A DNA stretch of 63,381 bases, the filler included, from Octopus bimaculoides (Eukaryota), in the NCBI RefSeq assembly GCF_001194135.2. It is 5 parts of 4 records of this genome, joined end to end, with 100 filler letters (N's around TTAATTAATTAA, not from the genome) between each part and the next. Parts side by side here need not be neighbours in the genome. Positions count along the whole stretch, not along the records: positions 21,918 to 48,086 come from NC_069009.1; positions 48,187 to 58,527 come from NC_068983.1; 3 more parts are not named here. One strand, 5' to 3'. Position 1 is the stretch's first letter. Each line of letters starts with the position of its first letter. Both the position numbers and the translations under genes were made by a program. Below, one piece after another: positions 35,683 to 48,237 of the stretch. The notes below the pieces were generated by a model. That model ran no database searches. It was not told where the DNA came from and saw nothing but the letters and a program-made list of their open reading frames with translations.

Positions 35683-36637
35683 TATGTTTGACTTTTGTTT
35701 TGCATTTGTACAAGTTGGATCCAAGTCTCACCCAGAGACCTCAAGAGAGAACAAGTTAGAAGTTCATGTAGGTGTTATGCCTAGGGTACCATATATTTGG
35801 AGTTGTACAGTTTTGTTCAAGTGAATGTTTAAGAAACCATAACNNNNNNNNNNNNNNNNNNNNNNNNNNNNNNNNNNNNNNNNNNNNNNNNNNNNNNNNN
35901 NNNNNNNNNNNNNNNNNNNNNNNNNNNNNNNNNNNNNNNNNNNNNNNNNNNNNNNNNNNNNNNNNNNNNNNNNNNNNNNNNNNNNNNNNNNNNNNNNNNN
36001 NNNNNNNNNNNNNNNNNNNNNNNNNNNNNNNNNNNNNNNNNNNNNNNNNNNNNNNNNNNNNNNNNNNNNNNNNNNNNNNNNNNNNNNNNNNNNNNNNNNN
36101 NNNNNNNNNNNNNNNNNNNNNNNNNNNNNNNNNNNNNNNNNNNNNNNNNNNNNNNNNNNNNNNNNNNNNNNNNNNNNNNNNNNNNNNNNNNNNNNNNNNN
36201 NNNNNNNNNNNNNNNNNNNNNNNNNNNNNNNNNNNNNNNNNNNNNNNNNNNNNNNNNNNNNNNNNNNNNNNNNNNNNNNNNNNNNNNNNNNNNNNNNNNN
36301 NNNNNNNNNNNNNNNNNNNNNNNNNNNNNNNNNNNNNNNNNNNNNNNNNNNNNNNNNNNNNNNNNNNNNNNNNNNNNNNNNNNNNNNNNNNNNNNNNNNN
36401 NNNNNAAGACAAGGTTTTTGCATATTACCCAGTGAATATATTGTGCAGCTCTATCATGCCTGTTGAGATACTCTGTAGGCGCAAGCAGACTGCACATGGA
36501 GACAACATGATCGATGGTCTCATTTTGTTGTTGGCCTGGTAGTTCTTTGTAGGTAGGCATTGATCTTGTGCTGCTATGATAAACCCCTCTGTTTCTGATT
36601 TCAAGCCAGAGGCCATTAACCATTGGTGGGTAAGGGC

Positions 36638-36638
<1 letters not shown>
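35683..36638 (-). mobile_element. R4/Dong family-A 5'-truncated copy spanning a gap
   Basis: HQWLMASGLKSETEGFIIAAQDQCLPT...ETIDHVVSMCSLLAPTEYLNRHD at the 5' side; family-A 3' UTR at 35683-35843; TAA on both sides. Confidence 0.85.
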
Positions 36639-36725
<87 letters not shown>

Positions 36726-36739
36726 TTATTATTATCATT

Positions 36740-39700
36740 ACAAGTTTGATGTCTTAGTTATATTAGTACATATTGACTCTGAGCTACACCCAGAGACATC
36801 GAGACACATAAAGTTAAAATTTCAAGTTGATGATATGCCTAGGGTGCACATACTTGGTTTTGCAAAATGTAGTTTTCTAGAGAATGCTCAGAAAAACAAG
36901 AAAATTATAATTTTGTTTCTAAATTGGAAATTATATAGACAGTATTTTACGTAGGTAATGGGCAGTGCCCACGAGCACTAATTTTGGAATTTCTGCAATG
37001 CTTATATTTTCTGCAATCTGAGATAGGTAGCAAACATCTTAGGGCACCTACGATTAGCGATATTGTTTTAGTCTTCAGGTCCCATATTTTGACAATGTCT
37101 ATCTCTAGATCTTTATACTTGCTCATTTTTTGGTAGATCTTGACTGATGCATTTTTGTCGATTGGGACATTTATATCAATGAGGAGGAACAATTTTTGCC
37201 TGAAGACATTCAATATAATGTAGGTCTATTCACATCTATCTTTCTCTCACTTTGAATGGTGAAGTTCCACAGGTATGAAATGTGGTAATTTGAAGCACAG
37301 TAGGTGGTTTGTGTTCACGCCAGTTTTTATCATGGGGCAGATCCAAGTATTTTGCAAACTACCCAGTTGATATACTGTGCTGCTTTATCATACCTGTTGA
37401 GATACTCTGTAGGAGCAAAAGCACTGCAAATGGAGACAACATGATCAATGGTTTCATTTGCTTGTTCACATACACGACAAGGTGCACCACTGCCTTTCTT
37501 CAATATGTTCACCTGGTAGCTCGTTGTAGGTAGGCATTCATCTTGGGCTGTATGATTAATCCTCCTTTTCCTGATTTGAAGCCAGAGGACATTAACCATT
37601 GACACTAACGTCGGCATTTTTAGCTCTCTAATTATTTACCATTGAAAGGTTTTTGTCATTTATGAATAAGAATATCTTAGGCAGCTGTTTTACTATCGGT
37701 TTTCATTCGTTTAGTTTTTACTGTGCTTGTTTCCTGTACATCTAATTCTGGGATTTGTTGCGTTTGGAATTCATTTAGATATTTCTTCACCTGCTTTGTT
37801 ACTGAGTATGATGTTCTCTTGTTTTCGTACTTTAAACGAGTTTTATCGTCCAATTATAAGAGTTTTTCAGCTAGTTGAAAATCCAGTCGTGAAAGTCTAC
37901 GACTACGCTCTTTTCTTGGCAGGTAAAGTCTGTCTATATCTGCCTTAGGGTGGTGCATTCTATGTATTGTCAACAATGTCAGAAATTGCCCATTTAAGAA
38001 TATTGAAACTGTACCTCAAGTCCAATATGGCTAAAGTATAGATCTGTTCAATCTTCATTCTTGCATTGAGCTCTGTCTTGAGAATTGCACTTACCATGCG
38101 ATGACATTTTCTTCTGAACCTTTCCATCATCATTGACTGTTTGATTCTATTACATTCAAATACCCCCACGTATTTGTACCTATCCGCTGGTTCTAACACC
38201 TTTACGACATTTTGTTGGTCAAGAATATCATTAAATATTTATATCATTTTTGTTTTGATTAAGGTGTCTTTAGAAAATTTTTCGAGGCTAAATTTGACTC
38301 TGACGTCATCCCTGAATTGTTTAACAATTGGTAATAACCCAGTAGTAGGTCATTTTTTGCAAGGAGCATTAAATCGATCCATGTTTAAGATATGATTTAT
38401 ATTTATATGAAACATTTTATATCGTATGAAACATTTTATATTATACAACCTTGAGCAATATCGAGAGAGTTATTGAGGTTAGGCACAAGAGTAGCGGTGA
38501 TAGACGGTCGCCTTGGAAAATGTCACAGGAAATTCTTACATATTTAGCCTTGAGAGATTCATTGTCACCATTCAAAGTAAGTGTGGTTTTCCCTGATCTC
38601 ATACTTACAGACAAGGCGTTTCGCAGACGAGGTGCTATTTTATAAATTTACAGACGTTACTTAATCCAACTAAATGGTAGATAATCTTAAGCGTTTTTAT
38701 AGTCTAACCAGACTATCGACAAATTCTTGTGTTGTTTTTGACAATTTTCTTGGTTATGTACAGGGTTTCGGCAAAATAAGGGAAACACCTTAAAATCTCA
38801 AACAAATTAACTTTAATATGGGCCAGGACCGCATTTGTCTGTAATTACAGCTTTGTGCTGCTTCAGGCGAACAGTTTTTGTGGAAACTAGGTTCTGCAAT
38901 AATTTTGGGAGCTGTACTTTTGTGATCCTTTTTAACAATTCCAGTAAGAGTCCGACAGTCTAACAATTTGACCTCTTTTTGAAAGTCCGATAGTTCTAAT
39001 ATTTTAATGAATTTTAATTACCTTTTTCTGACGATATCTAAAAAGAAACATAAATTTTAGCAAAACATATTAAGCAACACTACTAATAAACAAAAAGACA
39101 AATGATATATATGAGCGTTTGATAGTGTTATTGACATTTGAAAATTATGATGCTATGACGCTTGTTGTTTACACTATTTTGTCCAACCCATGTATATTCA
39201 TTCAAGATAGCTGTTAGTATTTTATACATTGTTGTTAAGCGGTTTATGGGTCTATAATGTTTTGGTTCATTTGGTTCTTCAGTTTTTGGATGTAGGAATT
39301 TAACACCTTTAACTAACCAATAGGGAATCATACTAGGTTGTTTCAAACCATTGTAGTAAAGTGTTATTAGCAGTGCATCTTTCTCCGAGAAGGCATTCAA
39401 ACAGAAGTTAAGAATGGAGACTTCCATTTGCTTGATTTCCTGAGAGCTGATCTTACATCGTCTCCCTTTAAACTCTCCCACCTTTGCTTTTCTGCGGAAT
39501 CTAAGTCAGTAGATATTCTATCAATTCAAGAGACATTTTTATTATATGTTTTTCTCATTCCCAATTTTCATTCCAAAATTCCCGCACTTCTTTGAGAGAA
39601 GAGACATTACTGTGTCTGGTATTTTCCCTATCCCCCTGCATAATATTTTGGGGTTATCTTTTAACATGTTTTCCGTGAAGAATCTCACGCGTTTTACATA

Positions 39701-39920
39701 CCGTGCTATGCTTAATAATGTCTATGGTTGTAACGATGTCAAGAATGTTTTTTATAGTCTACTTTTCCATTAACTTTCGATAGTAAGACGTAAGAACTTA
39801 TTATTTCCCCTTGACAAATTTTCATTATTTTTCTCTTGGTTATTTAATGACAGGCGTGGAGGGCCATCTGTTGGAATATGTCGGCTGTAGGGTATTTCCG
39901 CTCCTGTGATTCGGGAGGTA
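36740..39920 (-). mobile_element. older R4/Dong copy, N-terminal region to 3' UTR, with deletions and a Tc1 insertion
   Basis: KHYRPINRLTTMYK; RT; CRVCEQANETIDHVVSIC; LIDINVPIDKNASVKIYQKMSKYKDLEIDI; its 5' part matches 46650-46780. Confidence 0.85.
38761..39192 (-). mobile_element. Tc1/mariner deletion derivative, TA-flanked
   Basis: TA|CAGGGTTTCGGCAAAATAAGGGAAACAC ... GTTTACACTATTTTGTCCAACCCATG|TA imperfect TIRs; transposase remnants LSDFQ-RGQIV, RTL..IVKKDHKSTAPKI.AE, VSTKTVR. Confidence 0.8.
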
Positions 39921-39967
39921 TTGTACAAATACAAAGCAAAAGACAACCATATACTGATAATAATGAC

Positions 39968-40035
<68 letters not shown>

Positions 40036-40095
40036 CGATGAGGATGAGGATGATAATAATGATGATGATGATGAGGCTGATGATGATACAAATAA

Positions 40096-40636
40096 ATTCC
40101 CTGAGGCAGCACCAGGCAATGGCTCTCATGGCTTTTGATCTTAACTGATTGAAAGTGTTAACATGCACATTGTTTTGTCTTGATATAAAAGTTGGGCTAC
40201 AGCAAATATTCTGCTCAATATCACATACATGCTTGTCAGTTGTTTGACCTCAACCAGTTGAGCATGTCCTTTGGTGGCTGACTATAAGGGTATCTCTGAT
40301 CATGCGCAGAAGTTTGGCAGAGCATCATAGCCATGTGTTGAGAGGAATTCGTTTGGGTTTGAATAATTAAACGCCGGAAACATTGGTGTTTCGTTAAACA
40401 TCCTTCAGTAATTCTTACTCAGGACCCGTTTGAGTGGGATATGCTACTCAACCTGAAGAAAATTGTAAATGGGCAACATCAGCAAAATCGAGCGCTGATC
40501 AACATGTTGCACACGTATGGTTGTGATGCATATACGAGGTGTACACATATCAAACTTGTAGTCATGATGTGTATGTTAGGGTTCATATACTTGTACCCCA
40601 ATGCTACTTTGATGGCATGAGCTACTCTTTCACTCC
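40096..40636 (+). mobile_element. family C, copy 3 (diverged)
   Basis: CCCTGAGGCAGCACCAGGCAATGGCTCTCATGGC ... TTTGATGGCATGAGCTACTCTTTCACTC; (GAT)n before and (CAA)n after. Confidence 0.8.
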
Positions 40637-40707
40637 ATAACAACAACAATAGAACAACAACAAGAACAAAAACAGCAACAACAACAACAACAACAGCAGC
40701 AGCATCC

Positions 40708-40738
<31 letters not shown>

Positions 40739-40743
40739 TAAAA

Positions 40744-41299
40744 ATGCCCGGATGCAGTACAAGGCATTAGCTCTCATACCTTCTGATCTTAATTGCTTGG
40801 AAGTGCTATCATGTACATTGTTTTGTCTTGGTATAAAAGATGGGCTACAGCAAATATTCTGCTTAATACCACAGATTTGCTTGTCAGTTGTTTGACCTTA
40901 ACCAGTTGAGCATGTCCCTTGGTGGCTGACGATATGTGCATCTCTGATCATGAGCAGAAGTATTGGGGGAGCATAATAGCCATGTGTTGAGAGGAATTCG
41001 TTGGGGTTCGAATAATTCACCTTTGGAAACATGGGTTTTTTGCTCAACATCCTTAAAGAAACCTTATTCAGGGACCTTTTGAACGGGATGGGCTACTCGA
41101 AATGAAGGAAATTCTAATTGGGCTGCACCTACGAAATCATGCGCTGTTTATCTTGATATGAGATCACCATGTCGCGAACATATGGTTGTGATGCATGTGC
41201 CTGGTGTACCCTTATCAGACAGGTAGTCACGCCGGGTATGTTGGGCTTCGTGTATTTTACCCCAGTGTCACTTTGATGTAATGCCCTGCTCTCTCACTC

Positions 41300-41300
<1 letters not shown>
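40744..41300 (+). mobile_element. family C, copy 4 (full length)
   Basis: ATGCCCGGATGCAGTACAAGGC ... CTGCTCTCTCACTCAA between (TAA)n tracts. Confidence 0.85.
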
Positions 41301-41332
<32 letters not shown>

Positions 41333-41345
41333 TATAATAATAATA

Positions 41346-41738
41346 AGCCTCCCCACAAGAAATGATCAAACTCTGCCTCCCCAGTACTGATTGAGAAGGA
41401 GTATATTCATAGACACGACAGAGATGGGACCAATATACACTGGAAGCTATGCCATCACTATGGAATAACAACAGAAAAAAGATGGTTTAGACACATGCTA
41501 GAAAGTGACACAAAAATGAGTAAGCAACAATAGTCTGAGGATATGCCAATAAACACAGAGAAATACTAACACCCCGCATATAGTTGTCAAAGGCCACGTA
41601 GAGGAGAAATGCTTTCTAATCGATATATCAATACAAACAAAGGAGAAACTTTGAGAAAGATCTGGAAATAGAGTAACAACACTACTACGCACCACACACA
41701 TCCTACGAAAATCACTTTCAATAAAGCGAAAATAAGAG
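41346..41738 (+). mobile_element. R4/Dong family-D copy, deleted
   Basis: AGCCTCCCCACAAGAAAT...GAGTATATTCATAGACACGACAGAG...CACTGGAAGCTATGCC, similar to 30044-30792. Confidence 0.8.
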
Positions 41739-42186
41739 NNNNNNNNNNNNNNNNNNNNNNNNNNNNNNNNNNNNNNNNNNNNNNNNNNNNNNNNNNNNNN
41801 NNNNNNNNNNNNNNNNNNNNNNNNNNNNNNNNNNNNNNNNNNNNNNNNNNNNNNNNNNNNNNNNNNNNNNNNNNNNNNNNNNNNNNNNNNNNNNNNNNNN
41901 NNNNNNNNNNNNNNNNNNNNNNNNNNNNNNNNNNNNNNNNNNNNNNNNNNNNNNNNNNNNNNNNNNNNNNNNNNNNNNNNNNNNNNNNNNNNNNNNNNNN
42001 NNNNNNNNNNNNNNNNNNNNNNNNNNNNNNNNNNNNNNNNNNNNNNNNNNNNNNNNNNNNNNNNNNNNNNNNNNNNNNNNNNNNNNNNNNNNNNNNNNNN
42101 NNNNNNNNNNNNNNNNNNNNNNNNNNNNNNNNNNNNNNNNNNNNNNNNNNNNNNNNNNNNNNNNNNNNNNNNNNNNNNNNNNNNNN

Positions 42187-42578
42187 NCATGATACTTAGT
42201 GGCTGACGATATGTGCATCTCTGATCACGAGCAGAAGTAGTGGGGGAGCATCATAGCCATGCGTTGAGAGGAATTCTTTGGGGTTTGAATAATTCAACTT
42301 TGGAAACAAGGGTGTTTTGCTCAACATCCTTAAACAAACCTTATTCAGGGACCTTTTGAGCGGGATGGGCTACTCGACCTGAAGAAAATTCTAACTGGGC
42401 CCCATCTTGTAGGTCATCTGCTGTTTATCTTGATATGAGATCATGATGTCGCGCACATATGGTTGTGATGCATGTGCCTGGTGCACCCTTATCAGACGGG
42501 TAGTCATGATTGGTATACTGGGCTTCGTATATTTTACCCCAGTTTCACTTTGATGGCATACACTACTCTCTTAATCAA
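42187..42578 (+). mobile_element. family C, copy 5 (5' end in gap)
   Basis: Matches the 3' two-thirds of 40744-41300, followed by (TAA)n. Confidence 0.85.
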
Positions 42579-42580
42579 TG

Positions 42581-42666
<86 letters not shown>

Positions 42667-42667
<1 letters not shown>

Positions 42668-43401
42668 TGTAGCGCTCAAGGAAAAAGCTTTTAAAACAAA
42701 CCGCTCAAATATCACATTGAAATAAGCACTGACTCTCCACAGTGTATGGCGTACTCTGAGAAGGCAGAAAGTATAAGCCATATTGTGAGTGAAGGCTGAA
42801 GGCTTATACAACATGCATATAAAAAGAGACACATCAATGTGGCCAGATGTGTCCGCTGGATGTTGTGCGGTTAAGCAAACGTGGAGAGAATCGAATAATG
42901 GTTTGAACAGAAGCCAGAGGGAATAATGGAAACGAGCATTTCAAAATAGTCTGAGATTTTAACATGCAATGCAACGAAAACATAGATGCGAGACGACCAG
43001 ATATCTTACTTATCCATAAAGATGAAATAGAACTTAAGATAATAGATATTGCAATAGCAGACGATTCGAGGGTGAAATGTAAAGAAACAGAAAATATTGT
43101 GAAATCCCAGTTACTACGGTTATGGTGCATAAGGAAACTTATGGTGATACCAGTGATAATTGTGGCCTTAGGAACAGTTTCCAAGAGCTTTGAAAACATA
43201 TTAAGAATATTGGATCTGCTGTCAGGCTCGGGACGATGTAGAAAACAGCATTGTTGTGTACAGCTGGCTTTCTTATGAGTGTATTGTCTCTTTGAGTCAC
43301 AGAAGAAAGCACTACTTGAAACCATTGGTAATTTGTTGTTGCCTACTTTCAAGTAAAAATAAACGGTAATTAAGAAATATCGAGAGTCTTTCATAATAGA
43401 C
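42667..43401 (+). mobile_element. duplicate of the Dong family-B fragment at 22004-22736
   Basis: Same truncation point, same disabling lesions, same downstream flank. Confidence 0.9.
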
Positions 43402-43439
43402 GATGATGATGATGATAATAATAATGATAATAATAATGA

Positions 43440-46070
43440 TATTTCATTTTTATTGCCGTCATGGGTTACAAAACACGAAGAAGTAGAAGATAAAAGTAAC
43501 TTGCGGGTTTTTATGTAAAAGTCTAAACAATAATAAAAGATGAATTAACAACAAAACCGGTCAATAAATTGGAAACATGCTAAGATTGTCCAATAAACTC
43601 CATACATAACGCAACTCCTTAACCACCATTATTTTCAACTGTACTAAACAGACTATATGTGATAGGTCGGCCTTCCTCGCCACATGAACAAACTTCCAAA
43701 ACACCACACCCCTTTTAGCAGGGACCAGATTACTCCTGTTTTGCTATCCGTTATTGTAGAGACCCTCGAATCTGTATGGCATGAAATATATATCATTTGA
43801 GGTAGATCATCCTGCTCCTGTGACATCTACCTCGTTCATCTAGTCATCGATTCTCGAATTTTGTCAGAGGCTACCTGCCACTTGTAGAACTTTACTTTTT
43901 CATTCAATGCAGTAAAGTGCATACCCATCCGCGACTCACTCACCTCAACGATTATTTGGGCAAACCCCTCCAGAAAAACTACAAATATCTACTTCGAATA
44001 AGGTAGCCATCACCCCTACAGATTCATCAAACGAGAAAATGTAGCTATTTGTCGTCTTGTAGCTCACTCTCCCCATCTCTTCCTTCATTCCTTTATATCT
44101 CAGACTATGATACCTGGCATATCGTTGCAACATCGCACAACGGTAAATCTCACTGCCAGCTCATCAATCGCAGAAGATTTGCTAGATTACCAGTTAGCCT
44201 TGATTCTACTCTAGAACGAGTTTTCATTATTTCATTACAAAATCAAATCCATTCGTAACTCATAGCTCTTTTCAGGTTTAATCCTCATTGGTAATTCACA
44301 ATTGATCAGGTCGAATCATGTAACTATTTATTTAAATTGCATTATGCAAATTTCGAGCGCTGGGAAAAAAGCACTCAGTTTCCGTTGACCATATTTCTAA
44401 CTATGAAACCTAACATCGTTGATCGTATAACAAACATTTCTAATCTTCGTAGCCGACAAATTTGGATGATGCACATTCGAGGTTACGACTACCTTCTTGC
44501 TTACTAGCTTCATTTAGAAATGAAATCAACGACCCGGTGTTTTCTTCTCCTGTTTAAGTTGGAGCATTCGGGAAATATATGTGGAAATGTCAGAGTAGGT
44601 TCGCGAAATAACACCCATCTATATCACTCTTAACCGCAATCTCATAAGATTCCCCATCACAATCCACTCAATTTCCGTGGGGGGGGGGGACCATGTAGAT
44701 GCAACGAATATCTAAGCTGTACATCTTGTACACTACAGCTTTGACATCGTAAAATAATCCATTGCGACGATCTGTGAACTTGATACAAAAATACGCAATT
44801 TTCTCGAAATTCACAGCAGAATGGGGGAAATACACTGATTCTATTGAAGCTGTCTTTAATGACACCTGTATAAATAAAGGCAAAGTCTGTCTATAAGTGT
44901 GAAAGTAGTAAGGCATGCTCACCATTCTGTAACAGCAACCTCCTAACACTTCCTTGTCACTATCTTAACAAGGTATTCCAGTATTACCAAGATGTGCTCT
45001 TTCATCACATATATCACCCATTTGCAGGCTCGACACCCTCAAATGCTCTTCACTTCCGTCTTGTACTGACCTCAAGTGTTGTGGATAACTAAAATCTCGG
45101 CAGTGCACCACTTCCACATCACGGATAAAAGATGATTCACTCCGGCTGCTGGTGATGTATTTTCTATACAAGGCCACATTGACCAGGTACAGAGCAGCCC
45201 CCAACCATTTTCGCAGGAACAAGTCAACTCCCCTGAATTGAAATTATTGTGACGAACAGCCAATGAGTTTGGGAAATATGGCATACTGGTAAATTCAGGA
45301 CTTAAACATGACTTGTCCAATGTAGATAGCCACGCTTATGATTTCTTGTTGGCTTCACTGATGGATTATATGTCCTACTGGTTACGTTAAAAACGCTTTT
45401 CCCAGGATTTTCGCTCGCGTCTATATTATGGATGATAAATGAACACTACAGACTGAGAAGTAGTCCCTTCATCTAAGAATACCTATTTTGACTTGGCGGC
45501 CTTGAGACCCATGTGAGTCCAAGCCATCAACTGCCTAAGAGTTTTTGTGCTCTTCCAGTCCATCATGGCATAGTAGGAGTCTCGGTAGAGTAACACCGTC
45601 CCATCGAGGAAGACCCTTCATTCTCTAAGGTAGTTGATGAAGCGCTTCATTGTTTGTGTTTCATAGAATGCAACGTTACTCTCACAAGGGAATCCAGCCA
45701 TTTCCAGAGGGAAACTGACTCTCCCGCACTGTGGATATTGCGATCTTAGCTATTTTCATAGGAACCCGCCAACTCATATTCATGGTGGATATCGAAATCG
45801 CTTATATGAAGAGTGACCAAATATCCCCCGAAAAATGCGACATTGATAAAGCCAGTACTTAAAATTGCCAGGAAGACCTTACATGGCAACGATTACTTTT
45901 TGGTTACATTTATATTTTTGTATTGGATAAGCACTGAGGAGAAAGAAACCATATACACTACGTACTACTATTACTATTATACGAGACTCAGTGCTCTATA
46001 TCAAATGCTCACAGTCAACTGCTACGAACTCGAAATGCCAATCACTCACATATTTTAGATTTATAGTAAT
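43440..46070 (-). mobile_element. degenerate L1/Tx1-clade LINE mosaic
   Basis: 43440-43690 and 45745-46070 match 22770-23630. The intervening 2 kb has frameshifted pieces resembling the C-terminal region, the APE endonuclease (WIIL-DVK, WIVMG) and the RT start (D.LP..IY..MP..F.....QN.....RGVV). Confidence 0.45.
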
Positions 46071-46363
46071 AAGTCAGTTCACATCCAGGTCAGTGGCGTT
46101 AACCTTTCAAAACACTTATAAACAATACCAGCCTATGTTACTTAGTGATTCTTTTTAAAATTTAAACATTTCCACAGAATGTTAAACAATGAACTCGTTT
46201 CGCTAAAAATATTATTAAAAACATTTATCATTTCATCAAAACACAATTTGGCGGGCTTTCTCTGCAAAGTAAAGTTACAAAAGTTTTCGTGCCAAATACT
46301 CTTTAAGGGCCGAGGAATGCCAACAAATAATTCACCTTGGAGAAGATACAAGAAATATAGAAG
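46070..46363. mobile_element. duplicate gypsy gag fragment including the inverted part
   Basis: Minus strand HENFCNFTLQRKPAKLCFDEMINVFNNIFSETSSLFNILWKCLNFKK; plus strand ECQQIIHL.EDTRNIE. Confidence 0.75.
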
Positions 46364-46442
<79 letters not shown>

Positions 46443-46456
46443 TGATAATAATATAA

Positions 46457-48086
46457 TCCACGAGAGCTCGGAGACGGTGTTGTCTCAAAAAATTAACCCT
46501 AAACAGACAGATCCTTCCCCTAGCGTCAATGTCGAAGCTTGTTATGCCTCACTGTTAACAAAAAAAATACAAACCGAAATGGTCACCGATCGGATTATAA
46601 AGGACCACGTACTCGACAGATGAACCAGATACGAGACGAGAAATCTGCTACTGGTTCGAATCTTCCCGACACACAGGAGCTGGAATATTCCAACATATGG
46701 CCATCCATGCTCGTCATGAAATAGGGAAGATAATAAATGGTCTAGGGAAGATAATAAAGAAGTTCTTACGGCCTTCTATCTTGCCATATATTTCCCTACA
46801 GATATATCTAATACTGTACAAACCTACTTAAACTGGAGACAGAAACACCTTGAAGTAAGACCCTACATAGACAGTAACAAACCTGGCTACGTCAGAAGAA
46901 ACAATATGAAAAAAACAATTACTAACTGAAGTAGAGCTTGACCAAATTAAACAAGCAGTAAGGGATAAAAAGAATGAAACTGCAGCTAAAGAAGATACTA
47001 CAGAGGAAATAATTATAAACCAGCCCAAGGCTGATGAAAATACAGTAATGATTGAAAGAGTTAATGTGATAGGCAAAGTGAAATGTTCTCTGAACCAATG
47101 ATAAACACTAAAGCAGGTGAAAATCAAATAGATGAAGAAATTCATACTGAAATCGACGAAACAGAACTACATGATCTAAAAAATCAAATCATGATTGAAT
47201 GGGTGAAAATTAAAGAAACCAGTATCAATGAACGCGACACTCTCCCCAAAATTCGCAATTCTAACCAAAACCTGAAAATAATTGGTAAAATCCGCCTTGC
47301 ACTTAAGGACATAATTTCAGCTAATGATGTTGATATTACAGTTCTCAACCACCTGTACTATGCATTCGCAAAAATCTCAACAGTTCTATGTGGTGAAAAG
47401 ATTAGAAAAAGACAACACTCGCACAAAAAGCCTTCTTGGCAAGAACGCATTCAACACCAAATTAAGCTACTAAGATCAGACAGAATGTTTGAAAAACCTT
47501 AAATTTGATAAGAGTATCAAACCTACAAAGACCCAAAAACTAAAGAAAAAATATAATGCGAAAACCATAGTTGACATTGATGCCACCATTGAAACCATCT
47601 AGCAAAAGCTATGTGCTAAAGCTGCCCATATAGCAAGGTATGAAAAGCGTGTTAGATTCTTCAGAGATAATAAAATGTTAAGAAATAACCCCAAAAATGT
47701 CTACAGGAAGATAGGGAAAACACCAAGTAACAATAAAGTCTGTCCCATCAGAAGAAGAAGTGCAAGCATTTTGGAATACAATCTGGGCAGAAGATAAAAC
47801 ACACAATGAAAGGGCCCCTTGGATTGATAGAATATCTACAGACTTAGACTCCTTAGAGGAGCAAAAGTGGGAGGGGGTCAAGGTAGAAGATATAAGATCT
47901 GCTCTCAGGAGGTCAAACAAATGGAAGTCTCCAGGAAAGGATAACATTCCTAACTTCTGGTTGAATGCGTTCCCAGAGAATGATGCGCTGCTAACAACAC
48001 TTTACAACGATGTTTTGCAAAATCCTAGTTTGATGCCCTCTTCGTTAGTTAATGGTTTAACATTCCTGCTTCCAAAAAATGAGGAA
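46457..48086 (+). mobile_element. 5' end of an R4/Dong family-A element: 5' leader, Myb-like N-terminus, pre-RT linker; runs into an artificial join
   Basis: KWSREDNKEVLTAFYLA; KPSWQERIQHQIKLLRSD; FWNTIW; KWKSPGKDNIPNFWLNAF, nearly identical to 35330-35638; starts directly after (TAA)n. Confidence 0.85.
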
Positions 48087-48186
48087 NNNNNNNNNNNNNN
48101 NNNNNNNNNNNNNNNNNNNNNNNNNNNNNNTTAATTAATTAANNNNNNNNNNNNNNNNNNNNNNNNNNNNNNNNNNNNNNNNNNNN

Positions 48187-48237
<51 letters not shown>

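Noticed and set aside
43690-45740. Endogenous viral element
   Set aside because: The short ORFs are better explained as frameshifted L1/Tx1 ORF2 pieces continuous with flanking LINE sequence; no viral motif recognised.
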